Source of the DNA: the human T2T-CHM13v2.0 reference genome, Homo sapiens
Assembly (NCBI RefSeq): GCF_009914755.1
Contig: NC_060934.1
DNA: 64,000 nt
Reading direction: 5' to 3' (one strand)
Position numbers and translations under genes: made by a program. The notes beneath the pieces were generated by a model that saw only the letters and a program-made list of their open reading frames with translations, did not search any database and was not told where the DNA came from. Positions 15,490-29,060 of the stretch are shown here, one piece after another (position 1 is the first letter of the stretch; the number at the start of each line of letters is the position of its first letter).

Positions 15490-17370
15490 AGATGATCATT
15501 CAGTCTTTGCTTCAGCAAGTCCAGTAAAAGATAGCTCAATACCACACACAGAGGCATTCATTTTTCACCCAACTAACGTGTGTTGAAAACTGAGTTAAAT
15601 CTGCTCTTTTATATTTTGGTCTATCAATGTCAGTTCAAAAGACAAATTTCCTTTCCATGTGACAATCATTCAAACACTCTAGAACTGTGCTATCCAATAC
15701 AGTAGGCACTATCCACAAGGTAGCTACTGAAAACTTAAAACATGACTGGTTAAAACTGAGGTGTATTCTATGTGTAAAACACACACAAGATTTGGAACAC
15801 TTAGAACAAAAACAAAGAGGGTAAAATACCACATTAATATTTTTAATGGATTACCTAGTGAAATATTTTATATTGCATCAAATAAAATATGTGATTAAAG
15901 TTAATTTTATCTTTTTTTACTTTTTAATGTGACTATTAGAACATTTAAAATCACATATGTGATGGCATCTGTAGCTCAAATAATCTATCCATTGAGCAGC
16001 ATTGCTTCAGAACTCTAATCCTCTCTCTAGTAAGTCTTCCCTTACTCAGACCAAACATCTCTAGATCCTCCAACCATTGTCAAACTTAATCTGGTTTTTC
16101 AACTCCTTCAGGTTCCTCAGTCTCTCATCTGGAAATATTCCAGCTTGCTGAAATTTCAAATAGCAGACACTCAAGATAAAATATAATCACTAGGGCGCAT
16201 GATATTTCTTTGTAACTTGATTGAGAACTCGTACTTCCATTCACAAAAATTCACATTACACTATATTTTAATAGACTTACATGACTTGCTTTTAAATCAA
16301 ATCTTTCCCCATCTAGCATCTAAATGACTTAAATTTTGTTCATTATATGTGTATGTGTGTGTGTACATGCATCTTCTTAGAACTCATAATTTGTTCATCT
16401 CACTGAGGAATTATGACCATCCCTATTGTTTTCTGCTATCTATAAATGCAAAAATGCATATATCTTCTATTCCATGACTCTACCCATGTTATAGTTAATC
16501 ATTTCTCAATCCATGAGCCTTGCTACTCCAGTGTACTGTGGAGTCTTCATAGGTATGCTTTCAAAAATGTTGATCCCCATGTAAAATTTGTTTTTGCAAC
16601 AAACAGGCTCAAAAACAGCTCTATATGCCTATCTTTCAGACGGAACACTAAGCTGGGAGGGCAGAGCTGATAAAACACTTACATGATTACATGTTACAGT
16701 CAAAGGCAAAAGGTAATAACAAGCAGGCAACAGAGAACCAGAATATATGCGCATGGTGCCTCACACGTGCATAAGAAAGAGGAAAAGGAGGCAGGGCATT
16801 CAGCAGTTCCACTCTAATACGGAACTTGGGGGAAAGAGCAACCAAGTGAAAAGTCCAATAACTATAGTTTTCAATCATGCTAGCAAAATATATTTTGAAA
16901 CTGTGCCACAGGTATAAAAACATCAAGAACTACTGCTATAGATTAAAATTTCAATGAAGAGGACCAGATCAGACCCATGGGACACAGCACTGGAGGGCTT
17001 CTTAGAGGTTAACATTGGACTTTAACTGTCATACAGCCTGGGTATAATTCCAGCAAATTCTACTATAAGCAAGTCTATTATGTTTTCTTATCCATAATCA
17101 TATCATCTGAAATCAAAACATATTATATCTACAGTATTGACCTCTTCTACCAGTCTACAGTATTATTCCTTATGAAACCAGGTTTAGCATTACCTATTTT
17201 TGATAAGCCGATGTTGACCTTTAACACTTCTCTCTTTTATAAGTGTTCATAAGCTAATTACCAATTTAAGCATCTGGATCAACATTAAACTTACGAGTTT
17301 TAGTTGTGGGGTCTAAATTTTTGCCATTTTTTGAAATTTAAAATATTTGTTCATTTCTTGGCTTTTGATA
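15490..17370 (-). mobile_element. Fragmented L3/CR1 LINE relic interrupted by MER33
   Basis: Segments resembling antisense L3, e.g. CTGAAATCAAAACATATTATATCTACAGTATT...CTACCAGTCTA near 17110-17160. Confidence 0.5.
15685..16004 (+). mobile_element. MER33 (hAT-Charlie non-autonomous DNA transposon)
   Basis: About 320 bp; degenerate termini CTGTGCTATCCAATA...ATTGAGCAGCATTG; 8-bp TSD-like CTCTAGAA / CTTCAGAA. Confidence 0.8.
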
Positions 17371-17384
17371 GCTTTACAGAAGAG

Positions 17385-17540
17385 TTTAGAGTGGTATAAA
17401 AAGGACGCACTTCAGAACCAAGCTAGCTCTAGCTTTAGGGCTCTCTATAGACCTTTGAGCAAGCTGCCTAATCTCTAGAGTTTCAGTTTCTTCATCAGTA
17501 AAATAGGAATCATGAAACTACTTGCTGAGTGTTAGTAAAG
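17385..17540 (+). mobile_element. MIR SINE
   Basis: Core GACCTTTGAGCAAG...CAGTTTCTTCATCAGTAAAATAGG; similar MIR cores near 5830, 12800, 24060, 41840, 53010 and 55660. Confidence 0.7.
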
Positions 17541-18949
17541 ACAAGCAGAATTTAAAATTGTCAGCTGTAAGGCTTTGGATGGATTAAAAAAGTGAAAGAA
17601 ATATGGCAAAACATTAAAATAAGTCTATCGATAGGTACATTGGTATATGATATATTATTTTCTGTACCATACTATGTACATATATGTAAAATATTTTATT
17701 TTACATATATGAGTAATTAGCATAGTTTATTATAATATTAGCAATATCTTAATAATTTAGCATAGTTATCTCAATTGTTATAATTTTTTTCAAAATTTAC
17801 AGGTAACAAATCTGTAAGTCTTTTCAATCATAAGACAGGTCACATGGCATCTGTCAGATCTGTATTTTAACTCTTACTTAACCACCAATATGCTAGGTAA
17901 TGCTTGGGAAGACTTATTTTTCTCTAGGAAGTTTGTTCTTAATTTGTAAAATTAAGATAAGCAAATCTGCCTTGAAGGGACATTGCAAGAATTATGCATG
18001 ATATACTGGTTATCACATACCTGACAAAGTATTTCCTTGAAAATTCATAATTATTATAATCATTATCATTATTCTGGAATATGATATTTTCTGAACCTCT
18101 TAATACATATTTATTTGAATTAAATTATAAAAATTTAAATTAAATTATAAAGATTAAATTTTTTCTTAACCCTTTTACTATTACAATGCTTTCAATGTCT
18201 CCTGACTGCTTCTTTTTTCCTTTCCAGTTTCAATGTCATTTTTATTCCGTTAGCTAAGTCACACTTGACTGCTGTCCCTCCCATATTTCTCATATCTAAT
18301 TAACCAATCAGCCCTATTCAATCAGCTGAAGTGATGTTTCTTGCCACATTTCCTCCTCTCCTTTCCCACTACCACCATCCTTGTTCAGATATGCATTGCC
18401 TCTCACCATACTATTAAAATAAATGCCTAACTCTCCTGTTTCTTCCCTGTCCAATGAATTCTAGACACCAATGTCAAATTAATCTTCTACAGTTCAAAGC
18501 AAGTTACTCTCCTGCTAACAACCTTCAAAGACTCCCCATTGCCCACAGAATAGAATTCTTACCCTCACTTTCTTACCCTTTTTCAATGTAATTTCCCACA
18601 GCTTCTTGAACTCTACCTTCCAGGCAAGGAGATAAAGAACTACTTCAGGAAGTGATGGCTGACTAGTTCTGATTTTCAGACTTATATGAGTTACTTAAGA
18701 TAAAAATAAGTCCAGAAAAATTTAAATGATAAATTAATTCAATAAAAATATCAATTTATCAAATGGCTTAGTTGAATTTCCCAGTTAATAAAGTACTAAA
18801 CATATAGATGGAGATGTGGGCTATTTTAACCAGTTACTTAAATTTTCTCTTAAATGTGAAGAATATGTTCCTGCCTTATTAAGTAGTAGATAAGAGCAGT
18901 TCCTTTGTTTGTTTATTTAGCGTCTCATAGGATCATAGCACTTATTTCA

Positions 18950-19158
18950 TTTTTTTTCTTTGAGACAAGGTCTCGCTCTGTCACCCAGGCTGGAGTTCAG
19001 TGGCATGATCATAGCTCTCTGCAGCCTTGACCTCCCAGGGTCAAGCAGTCCTCTCATCTCAGCCTCCCAAGTAGCTCGGACTACAGGCACACACTGCTAC
19101 ACCCAGCTAATTTTTGTATATTTTGTAGAGACAGGGTTTCGCCATGTTGCCCAGGCTG
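18950..19158 (-). mobile_element. 5'-truncated AluJ
   Basis: Poly-T, right arm, linker and start of left arm; stops at GCCCAGGCTG. Confidence 0.9.
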
Positions 19159-20469
19159 AGGGCTCATATTTTTATGCACATAATTCAATGGAACATTAAC
19201 ACAAGTCATTCTTGTTTCACAGATGACAAAACTAAAGTTCACAGAGCAGCCTTTTGAATTGCTCCGGGTCACATTCATTGTAAGGACACACAGGGGGTTG
19301 AGTTCATTGTGTATACTAAGCACAAAAATTCATTTTCTGTTTTTCCTCATTTTTATTTATTAGAATGGTTTGTATATTTGTCTGGAAATCACACAAACGC
19401 ATGTTATCATTCCCACTTTCCTGTAACTTCCAAAACTCCAATATACGTGAATAAGGGATTACAAAAAATTAGCTATTTCAGTTAATCAAATTCAAAGTGT
19501 TGTCTTAATGAATAGATGCCAACAAATAGACTTGTACTTCCAGGAAAGAAACCTGTCCCCCATGTCTCCAAAAGTTCTTCAGTGTCAAGGTTGCTAACAA
19601 AATATTTGCTGATTTTCTCTGTTTATGTCCAACTCTTTCCTATCTTTCCCCCCAAACTTATAATCATTGATAGCGTGGGGAACAAGTTCTGAAATTATTT
19701 TTTAGCAAATGTAATTTGCAACATAGGGCTAAGCTTGATAAATACATTTTAAGATGAGTTTTGCTTACAATTTCCTCAGAATCTTAGGCAGTTATACAAT
19801 TATTCACATGCCCGAAGTTGCCATGCCTTGATAACTTGGAAATAAAAAATGTAAACATACTGTATAATTAACATCCATTTACACAAAGTAAAAAGGAAGA
19901 CACAGAAGCTTTCCCTCAGCTCTTAACTACAAGGTAAATTTGATTAAAATAGAAGCTTTTTTGGGGCTACCATCAAGATGGATAGATTCCTTGCTGCATC
20001 ACATAAATGAGCAGGAAGCATTAACGCAGAAGAGAGAGACCCAAGCATGACTGGGACTTGCTCTTGCAAGTGATATACTACATTGCCAAAAGGAGGGCAG
20101 ACATTATCTGTTATGTGGGTTTTACAATAGAAAATAATAAAAAAGGAGACTTCTTAGTAAACATGTATCATTTTATAAATACAGTGAATATTTTATCTGT
20201 GTCTTCCCAAGGCCAACTCACTTTTGAAGTCCTGACGTCAGTGGTGTGCCTAGGGACACATTCAAATCAGTCAGTGAGTCCATTGGTCAAACAGCTGCAA
20301 ACCATTATTCAGCCAACGTTTTTTATTTACCTCATTCTGGCATGGAGTGTAATTCACCAGCTATACCAGGTTTAATGAACAGCCCCATCAAAGAAAGGGT
20401 CATATGAAAAAATTGTTTCAAAGATTGAAGGTGAGGATATCCTCAAAGGTAAAATCACAAAATCACTAA

Positions 20470-21555
20470 TACCTCATCCTGCCACTAGCCTGCAGATCGC
20501 AGTTCTACTCTTTGTCATAACTTCACACTAGTTCAGAGTCCAGTCAAATCTTCCCTGGATATTTGCTCCTAACACCCCCATTCCCAACCCCTACGCTGAC
20601 ACATTCCTCTTACTTCTGTTCTGCACACTGCAGCCAGGATTCTGTTTCTAAAGTATAATTCTGACAATGATCCTCCCCTACTTAAGCCTTGCCATAATTT
20701 CCCATTGCCCCCAGGACAAAAAGTTAATGGTTTAACATCACTGCAAAACTGTTCCTTTTCTAGTCCCCAGTGAGTGGTATGGGCCCATCTAGTCCTGTGG
20801 ATCCAGTGGACATGACACTTAGAATCCTCAAGTTTCTCAAGGACCTACAGAAATGTTGAAAAGCTGAATAAAAAGTTGCCTTCAAAATATAAAAGAAAAC
20901 AAGATCAGTATCACATTTAGCAGATGTTTCCTGAAATTTCCACAGAACATTTTATCAACTAATTGCTATTCAATATGGTTCTTAAAAACTGATCTATAAG
21001 TTATTTGATATTGGATATGGATACTGGATATAATGTGAAATGAGAGTTTCAAGGTAAAAGTGCCTAGAGACACAAATATCTTAGAATCACCATGATATCT
21101 TGCCATTCTCCCACCCTCCATCCTACCCTCACTCTACCCAAACTGAATTTCTTTTGGTACCTAATATGTCATGCTATTTTATTCCCTAGATGTCTCATCA
21201 ATGCCATTCCTTCTCAGTGGATTACCTCTATACACATTTGGCCCCTACTCACCTGGCTGACTCCTATTTATCCCTCAATTCCTTGTTTAGATGCCACTTA
21301 TCCTAGGCAGCCTTACCCGACCTGTCCAATCTGGACTCAGTGGCTTCCTATCTATTTCCAGAGCATTCAACACTCCACTGTCATTAACTTTGAGTACACA
21401 TGACTGCACTTGGTCACCTACCTGCTGGTCTTCCCCTCTGCAATGTAAGTTCTGGACAGGCATGTACTGTGTCTCTCCTCTCCTGTTCACCACCAAGTCC
21501 CAGAGCCTGACACAGAGCCTGGAATTTAGTAATGAACATCTGTTGAGCGAATATG
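20470..21555 (+). mobile_element. L2 fragments
   Basis: CTGCACACTGCAGCCAG...; 3' end CAGAGCCTGACACAGAG...AGTAATGAACATCTGTTGAGCGAAT. Confidence 0.55.
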
Positions 21556-22039
21556 TAAAATCTTCTGCCTCACTCAATCATAATTCCACTGCTTTGGATA
21601 AACTTTCATATTAAACAACCGATTGGTATTTTTGTTTTTATTTCAATTACAGTTTGCTTGGTTGACCTGACTGGCCTCATCTAGGAAGCATACAATCTGC
21701 TAAATGAGATCTAGTTTATGCCTCTTGAATTCAGTCTGTTTTTATTTCTCTTTAAAGTATACCCTACTTTACAGGAAATACTAGTATGTAGGGCCTGAAA
21801 GTATTTATTTATATTTTTGTTTATACTAAATTATTATCTGCATTTGAATTATTTATGTCCATAAATCCCATATTTCAAAATCTTTTCAAATTATCACTGT
21901 TTCACAACACAAATTTGTGGATATTTACATGAATCTATTTCAATTTTCACCTAAAAAGAATAATTGATTTGTATCTCAAAGAGCTCTACTAGTGACCAGC
22001 GATAGGACCTTGGCTTAGTACTTTAGCTACCTGAGCCTC

Positions 22040-22453
22040 TGTGTCTTTGTCCAGTTGCCCTCAGAAGCAGACCCTGAGCAAGTAGTTTATTTGAAAGAAT
22101 GTTTCAAGAAACAATAGCAGACGAGTGGGGCCTCACAGAGAAAATTACCCAAAGTAGGTAATTGTAGTTTAATATGATAGGGATGCTTCAAATACCTTGG
22201 AAGAAGAATTGAGAGATGGGGAAGCTGGGGTATTAATATACCAACTTTGTCAGTCCTTGGGAGAGGGCTGCTCCTGGAGAGTATTAATTCTTAGGCACTT
22301 CTGGGCTGCCATTGCACAGAGGCAAAGTGGCCCCCAGCTGCTAGGAAAGGTCTTTAAGCAAAAGGAGGCAGATGCTGGGAATTGGAAGTACTGCTTGCCT
22401 ACAGGTGAAGCCCAAGAGCATATATATGCAGGGCACAAACAGCATTTGCTACA
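22040..22453 (-). mobile_element. LTR33-like ERVL LTR inserted into a MIR
   Basis: CCCTCAGAAGCAGACCCTGAG...ACAGCATTTGCTACA; the MIR core is split on either side (CTGAGCCTC / GGTTTCCTCAGCCATAAAATG). Confidence 0.7.
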
Positions 22454-22750
22454 TTCGGTTTCCTCAGCCATAAAATGTGGAAAAGACCTACCCCTCAAGG
22501 TTGCTGTAAACTGAGCCACAATGTATTTTACTTGCCTGGAAATCAGTCTACATATTATTTGCCTAATATCTAGTCTATATTCTTCAGCAATAAAGCCAAT
22601 GACTTTTTGGCAGCTACTATCTTTTAGCTCCTATCTGTGTAAATAGGTGGTCAAATACATGTAGATCACTTGCAACATGTGACAAAGCATTTAACACATG
22701 AAGAAGTTTGAGTTTCTAAGAAAGAACAGTACTACTTAAATGCAAACTAT

Positions 22751-23054
22751 GACCAGTTGAGGTGTGTCATGCCTGTAACCCCAGCACTTTGGAAGGCCGA
22801 GACACGAGGATCGCTTGAGGTCGGGAGTTTGAGACCAACCTGGGCAACACAGCAAGAACCCATCTCTAGAAAAAAAAAAAGTGATCCAGGACTGCTGTTG
22901 TGTGCCTGCAGTCCCAGCTACTCAGGAGGCTGAGGCAGGAGGATTGCTTGAGCCCAGGCAGCCAAGACTGCAGTGAGCCATGATGGCACCTCTGCACTCC
23001 AGACCAGATGACAGAGCAGACACTGTCTCAAAACAAAATAAAATAAAAAATAAA
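22751..23054 (+). mobile_element. AluJ
   Basis: Diverged full dimer; TSD-like CAAACTA on both sides. Confidence 0.9.
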
Positions 23055-24381
23055 CCAAACTACTCCATTTGCTTTTATATTTTTAGTGGGAACCTAAGCA
23101 AACAAATTTTAAAAATAAACATCTTTGTTAGTGGATAAATGCTTGCATTGCATACACTTCAAAACAGAGTAAACATCACTCAATGGGAATATAGTCAACA
23201 CAGCTTAAAAACCATCTGGTCATTCACATTAGATTTAGAGAGGAGGAGAGAGAGCTTCAAATGGGTTGAATGATTAGTCCAAGGTCACACTGGTAGTTTC
23301 CAGCATAGCACAGATTGGCCCCTGGCCTGCAGTCCTTCCCCTGTACCATTCAGCCTTCCTTAGTTTTCCCAGGATTACAGAAACCAAGCCTGTGATTTCC
23401 TGGAGAGATTATTTGCTTTAGCATGAGCACTTATTTCATGTTGGGATAATTGCACAAGGCCTTGCCTACCTAATTGGTTTCTTATTTCAACCTAAACTGC
23501 AATTTAAGCTAACACTGATTTTCAGTGAGCTCATCTAAAAATGTCTTCATAAATGCCTACAAACAAAAATCACATCCATAATACACGTTTTCCAGATTAA
23601 AACACATACTGCAATGTGTATTAACCTAAGAAACCAGGATGCATTATCAATTAAATGAAGTACAACATGCACAGCTTTCCACCATTGTGTGTTTCTTTAA
23701 TTTGACTTGAGCAAACAGCAGGTATTAAATAACCTTCCAAAAGACTGTAAGTTCAGCATTATCTGCATATTTGCTTGAACAGCAGTAAGTAAAAGGAAAA
23801 GCAATGAGTGTCTTTGGGGCTGCCTTGATCTAAGGAAAACATCTTCAAAGAGTCATGTACTGTGATATTCTTCTTCCAATGAGGGGTGAAGTAATGTAAC
23901 ACTTCAGAAGGAGTCACTGATAAGTTATATTCATCTTCCATGATAGGCAGTTAGACCTTGAAATAACAACAGAAAAGGAAGATTTTCATCAAACCTGAAT
24001 TGAAGAAGGAACAAGTAGCAAAAAGAGCAATGGACCTTGGGGTTTGTTCAGATACAAACTGCTATTTACTAGCTGTGTGTCTTTAAGCAAGTTACTTGAC
24101 TTCTCTGTGCCTCAGTTGTCTTCACCAGTAAAAAATGCAGAGAAAAAAACCCACTTGTTGAGGTATGAGAATTCAATGAGAAAATGGATAAAGATCATGC
24201 ATCACAGTACTTGGCACTGAGTAGGCATTGGGGGAAGATGTATATATAATTATATGATCATCTGCTGTCATTTTTAAACAAGTCTGTCTCAGACTCCTCC
24301 TACTCTCTGGGAGAATCTAATTGTATTTGCTTGGCTGATTAGCAGGCAAGCATTTGCCCAGTCTGAAAAACTGTTAAGGTA

Positions 24382-24830
24382 TGTCTAGTGAGTTGAATAG
24401 TATCCCCTACAAACTCATGCTCACATGGCACCTTAAATTTGACTTATTTGGAAGTAGGGCTCTTGCAGATGTAATTAGGAACTTGAGATAAAGTCATCCT
24501 GGACTTGAGTACTAAATTCAACAACTAGTCTCTTTATAAGAAGAGAAGAGGACACAGCAACACAGAGGGAAGAAGGCTGTGTGAAAACGGAGGCAGAGAC
24601 TGAAGTGATGCAGCTACAAGCCAAAGAACACCAAGGACTTCTGGGAGCTACCAGAAGCTAGGAAGGGGTAAGGAAGTGTTCTTTCCTAGCGCTTTTGGAG
24701 CAAGCTTGGCCCCATCAATACCTTGATCTCAAACTTCTAGGCTCAAGTACTGTGAGAGAATAAACTTGTACCACTGAAAGCCACCAAGCTTGTAGTAATT
24801 TGTTATGGCAGCTCTAAGAAATGAACACCA
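24382..24830 (+). mobile_element. MLT1C-like MaLR LTR
   Basis: GGAGGCAGAGACTGAAGTGATGCAGCTACAAGCCAA and TGTGAGAGAATAAAC...GTAATTTGTTATGGCAGC. Confidence 0.85.
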
Positions 24831-25088
24831 TATGATTATTTTCTGTCTAGTAAAGAAGAAAGCCCCAACAATTACTTTTTCCCCTATATGACATGAACCA
24901 CTTTTATTTCTAATTTGTTAATCTTGTCTGAGCATTCTCTTTTATTCTACTGACCAAAAAAGAGTTTCTCCTATTCTCTTTGGTAATCATTCTATCACAC
25001 TACTAGTTCCCTCGTTAATGCATTAAATAAAATTTGACATATGCTTAGATTCTGTATGAGAGTTGTACTTTTAACATTTTAAGAATTA

Positions 25089-25394
<306 letters not shown>

Positions 25395-28159
25395 TTAACA
25401 AAGTGCTTCTTGGTGATAACTGATGACGATGATGTTAGAGACGATGATGAGATGAAGAAGCCTCATTGTTTTCTCCTTGTGGCAAGCCTTCACAAGAGAC
25501 AGAGAGAGAACATTATTCTGAGGCTCCTGAGCCAGCCTATGAATTGGCACACGGGCCAGACAAGTGTGAGACTCCTCAAGCCACCAAGGAAGGCATGTGC
25601 TGCAGAGATTGGGCTATGCAATGGCCTAGAAGGTATTATAACTTTGGTTTTAGGAAAAAGAATAACTTAAGTTCTTACCAGCAGCCTTTGAAAGAGCCCT
25701 CTCTTTTTTATTGTTATTTTTAAAATTTTGTTTATAATTGGCACATAATAATTGGACATGATTATGGGAGAGAGAACTTCCCACAATGCCTAATCAACAT
25801 TTCAGCCAAGTGCTCATGCCTGGGTCCAGAACAAATCCAAAGAGGCTTCAAGGAGGTCCAGCCTGATTCCCTGATGGGCTTTGTGTGGGATAATTCAATG
25901 TAAACAGTTTCCACATGCACAGATGCAATGCACTTTTATGTGAATATTGATAGTCATAAATATAAATTTTATTACAGTTGAAGCTGCATTTTTTTCCTCT
26001 CTCAGAATATAGAATTTCAAAACCCATGATTTCATCATTCTGATCAATGGGGAAATGATTCAATACTCAAAAACTCTAATAAAGGAATAAATCTGCCACC
26101 ATAGAAGGAAAGCTCATATAATTTTGTGAGAAGCTTTATATTAGTTTTCTCCTAAAAGACAAAAACAAATGAATAGATACAGACAATAATAAACCAATTA
26201 CTTTAACCTGTGTTCTTTTGGCCTCGAAAACCGCATCTTGCCAGGTTATGATTGGTTTGGAAAGAGGTGGAGATGCAAGATAATAACCCAGGAAGGAAAG
26301 AGGATTATGTCATTAGGGCACAAATCACTCACTCTCACTGCAGGTCAGCGGTGAGTCTCCTGTGCCATTCCATTTGCAGGTGGTTTCCCTGACCCTCTTG
26401 AAAGCAATCTGTGCTGATTACCTAAGAAATGGGGATGTCCATCTTCCTCGGTTTCATTTATAAACTAAATGGATGGTTTTTCGATTGTTGATCACCCTGT
26501 AAAAAGCATTTTGTCCCTTTCACAGCAATTAAGACTGGTAATTGCCCCAGGGCTATTTTTCCCCTCTTCATTTCTCACTGACAGAGGCCAACAGCATAAC
26601 TTCTCTGCCTATGCCCTCCACTGAGCCTCTAAGGGCTCAAAGCAGAGAAAGCAACACTCCAGGGACATGCTCCATTTTGACAGCAATTTTCTCACTTATG
26701 CTCCCCTTGCTGCAGGCTAAATTACCCTCAAATCAATAGCCCCCAAATGACAGTCTTTACAGAAATCCTCCTTAGAGGTCTGAGATAGGTGTGAGCAGCA
26801 GGGATTGGAGGTGTGGGGCACTGAACTGAGCATCAGACAACAAAAGGCCAAATTCTGTTTTCAGCTCTGCTCCAGGTCTGCTGGTAATCTAAACAGGTCA
26901 CCTGCCCCTCTGCATTTGCATGTCCTCATCTGATCTAGTTCAACATTATTTGTGCTCATGCCCTGGGACAGAGACGATTAGTAAGGTTTTGCCAGAAACA
27001 CATGCATATTATACTTTAATAATACAAATGACAGTTTAAAAATTTATGGTAAATCTAAAAGATGGAACTTAATGTAGTCATTAAAATGTTTATGAGGGAT
27101 TTTTATTGGCAGAGAAATGCTCTCAACGTAAGTGAAAAAGCTGGGCCAGAACTTGTTTCACATTATGCTCAATGCATATTGAGAAGGAAATAGATCAAAG
27201 TGTTAATAAGTGGTTGCAATTGGTTGATTTCAGTCTCTTCATACCTCTGTACTCAAACTGGTGAGTTCAAACTAGGTTCCTCAAAGAAATACTTTCTTTG
27301 AATGTTACAACTTGATCACTTATGGAAGTACTAAAGGGAGAGAACATAATAGACACTCTATCCTCAAAGAATCAAAAAAAAGCCTTTGACCACCATGATA
27401 GGTATTTGAGAAACAATCAGGTCCCCACCTGGATTTACAGATCACCTTGGTCTTTATATCCAACTCAGTGACTTAAAATTCTGCTTCAAAAGGCATGTTT
27501 CTCTATATATAATTCCACCTTTTAAATGCTTTATAAATGATGGCGAACTTGTTATCTCTCAATACCTCACCCCTGCCTTTATTCCCAAGCTGGATTTTCA
27601 GGTCCTCAATTGGATATCAGTTGATGGCTAAAATGATGTACAGTTAATTAATTGTAATATCCAAACAACATTCTTTGACTGTATCCCAAAGTGTGATCCA
27701 CCAGTCTTTCGGTAGATATATGATCTCAAAAACTGAGGTGAAGATTCCTGGGTAAACTCACCAGATCATTTTATTTGGGAAACAACAAAATCAAATAGAT
27801 TCCTTCACTGTGAGCCTTCTGAAGGTTGTTAATATGCTAATATGCAATGCTAATACGAAGAGTGAATATTGTACCCAGCATTTCCCCAAAATATTCAAAC
27901 ACAGAAGCTTTTTATATTGTCTTGAGACTCAAAAGTTCTGAGGGAAACAGTTTTGGAAGTACTACTCTAAAGGTCTGAATACATTTGTGATGTTTCAAAT
28001 GGGCCACCCCATGACATGCATTCAGAGTGAATCAAGCAGCCTGGCCAGCAGCACTCTGCTGAGTGGTTAGTTGTGGGTAGTAAAATGTTAGGCAGCAGAA
28101 CAAGGAGAAAAGAAACCTCTGCCTCTCCCATTGTTTTATGTGTTCATAAGGAGGCTTTT

Positions 28160-28492
28160 TTGTTTTTTGTTTTTATTATACTTTAAGTTCTGGGTTACAT
28201 GTGCAGAACGTGCAGTTTTGTTACATAGGTATACAAGCCATAGTGGTTTGCTGCACCCATCAACCTGTCACCTATATTAGGTATTTCTCTTAATGCTATC
28301 CCTCCCCTAGCCTCCCAATCCCCCGACAGACCCTGGCTTGTGATGTTCCTCTCCCTGTGTCCATGTGTTCTCATTGTTCAACTCCCACTTATGACTGAGA
28401 ACATGTAGTGTTTGGTTTTCTGTTCTTGTGTTGGTTTGCTGAGAATGATGGCTTCCAGCTTCATCCATGTCCCAGCAAAGGACATTAACTCA
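28160..28492 (-). mobile_element. 5'-truncated L1PA6/7-like 3' end with perfect TSD
   Basis: Antisense L1 3'UTR; 12-bp TSD AAGGAGGCTTTT at 28148-28159 and 28497-28508. Confidence 0.95.
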
Positions 28493-28689
28493 CAACAAGG
28501 AGGCTTTTAATGGGGGAACTCAGAGAACTTGATCATTCCTGGAAGGACCCTAGAGGCCCCATCTTGCATGACATTTTTAGTATCACAGTCTCTCTCCTCC
28601 CTTACCTGCAAGGATCATGACAAACTGCTTTGAGCTGAAAATTACTGGCCAACTAAGAGAATCCCAGACTCATGTATTTTTTGCTGGAT

Positions 28690-29060
28690 TAGTAGTATAG
28701 TTGGCTGGGTAAGGAGAGCTCATGTTGCACCTAAAAGCAGCAGCTGCTCAGCTCCCACTGATGGCTGCCATGGGGGAATATAGGTCCAGGATTGCCAGAG
28801 AGTTTGCATTTTTCAAGAGAAACCAGAGATATTGGTTTTTAATACTTCCAGTGAATAGAATTTATATACCATGCAATTCAGTCACTCAAGGTACATTCAC
28901 ATAGTATATTCACATAATTGTGCAACTATCACCACAATCTTATTTTATTGAAATTTTCAAGATTTAAATGTCAGTTCAAATGCATTTGAAATAAAGTACA
29001 TGCCAAAAAATACATCTACTATCGATATTCAGCATGTGGGCTATTAATTAATGGCCTCTG
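28690..29060. mobile_element. MER102/MER58C-like hAT fossil containing a short L1M piece (~28860-28950)
   Basis: GCTCAGCTCC...GGATTGCCAGA...TTTTTCAAGAGAAACCAGA motif. Confidence 0.5.
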
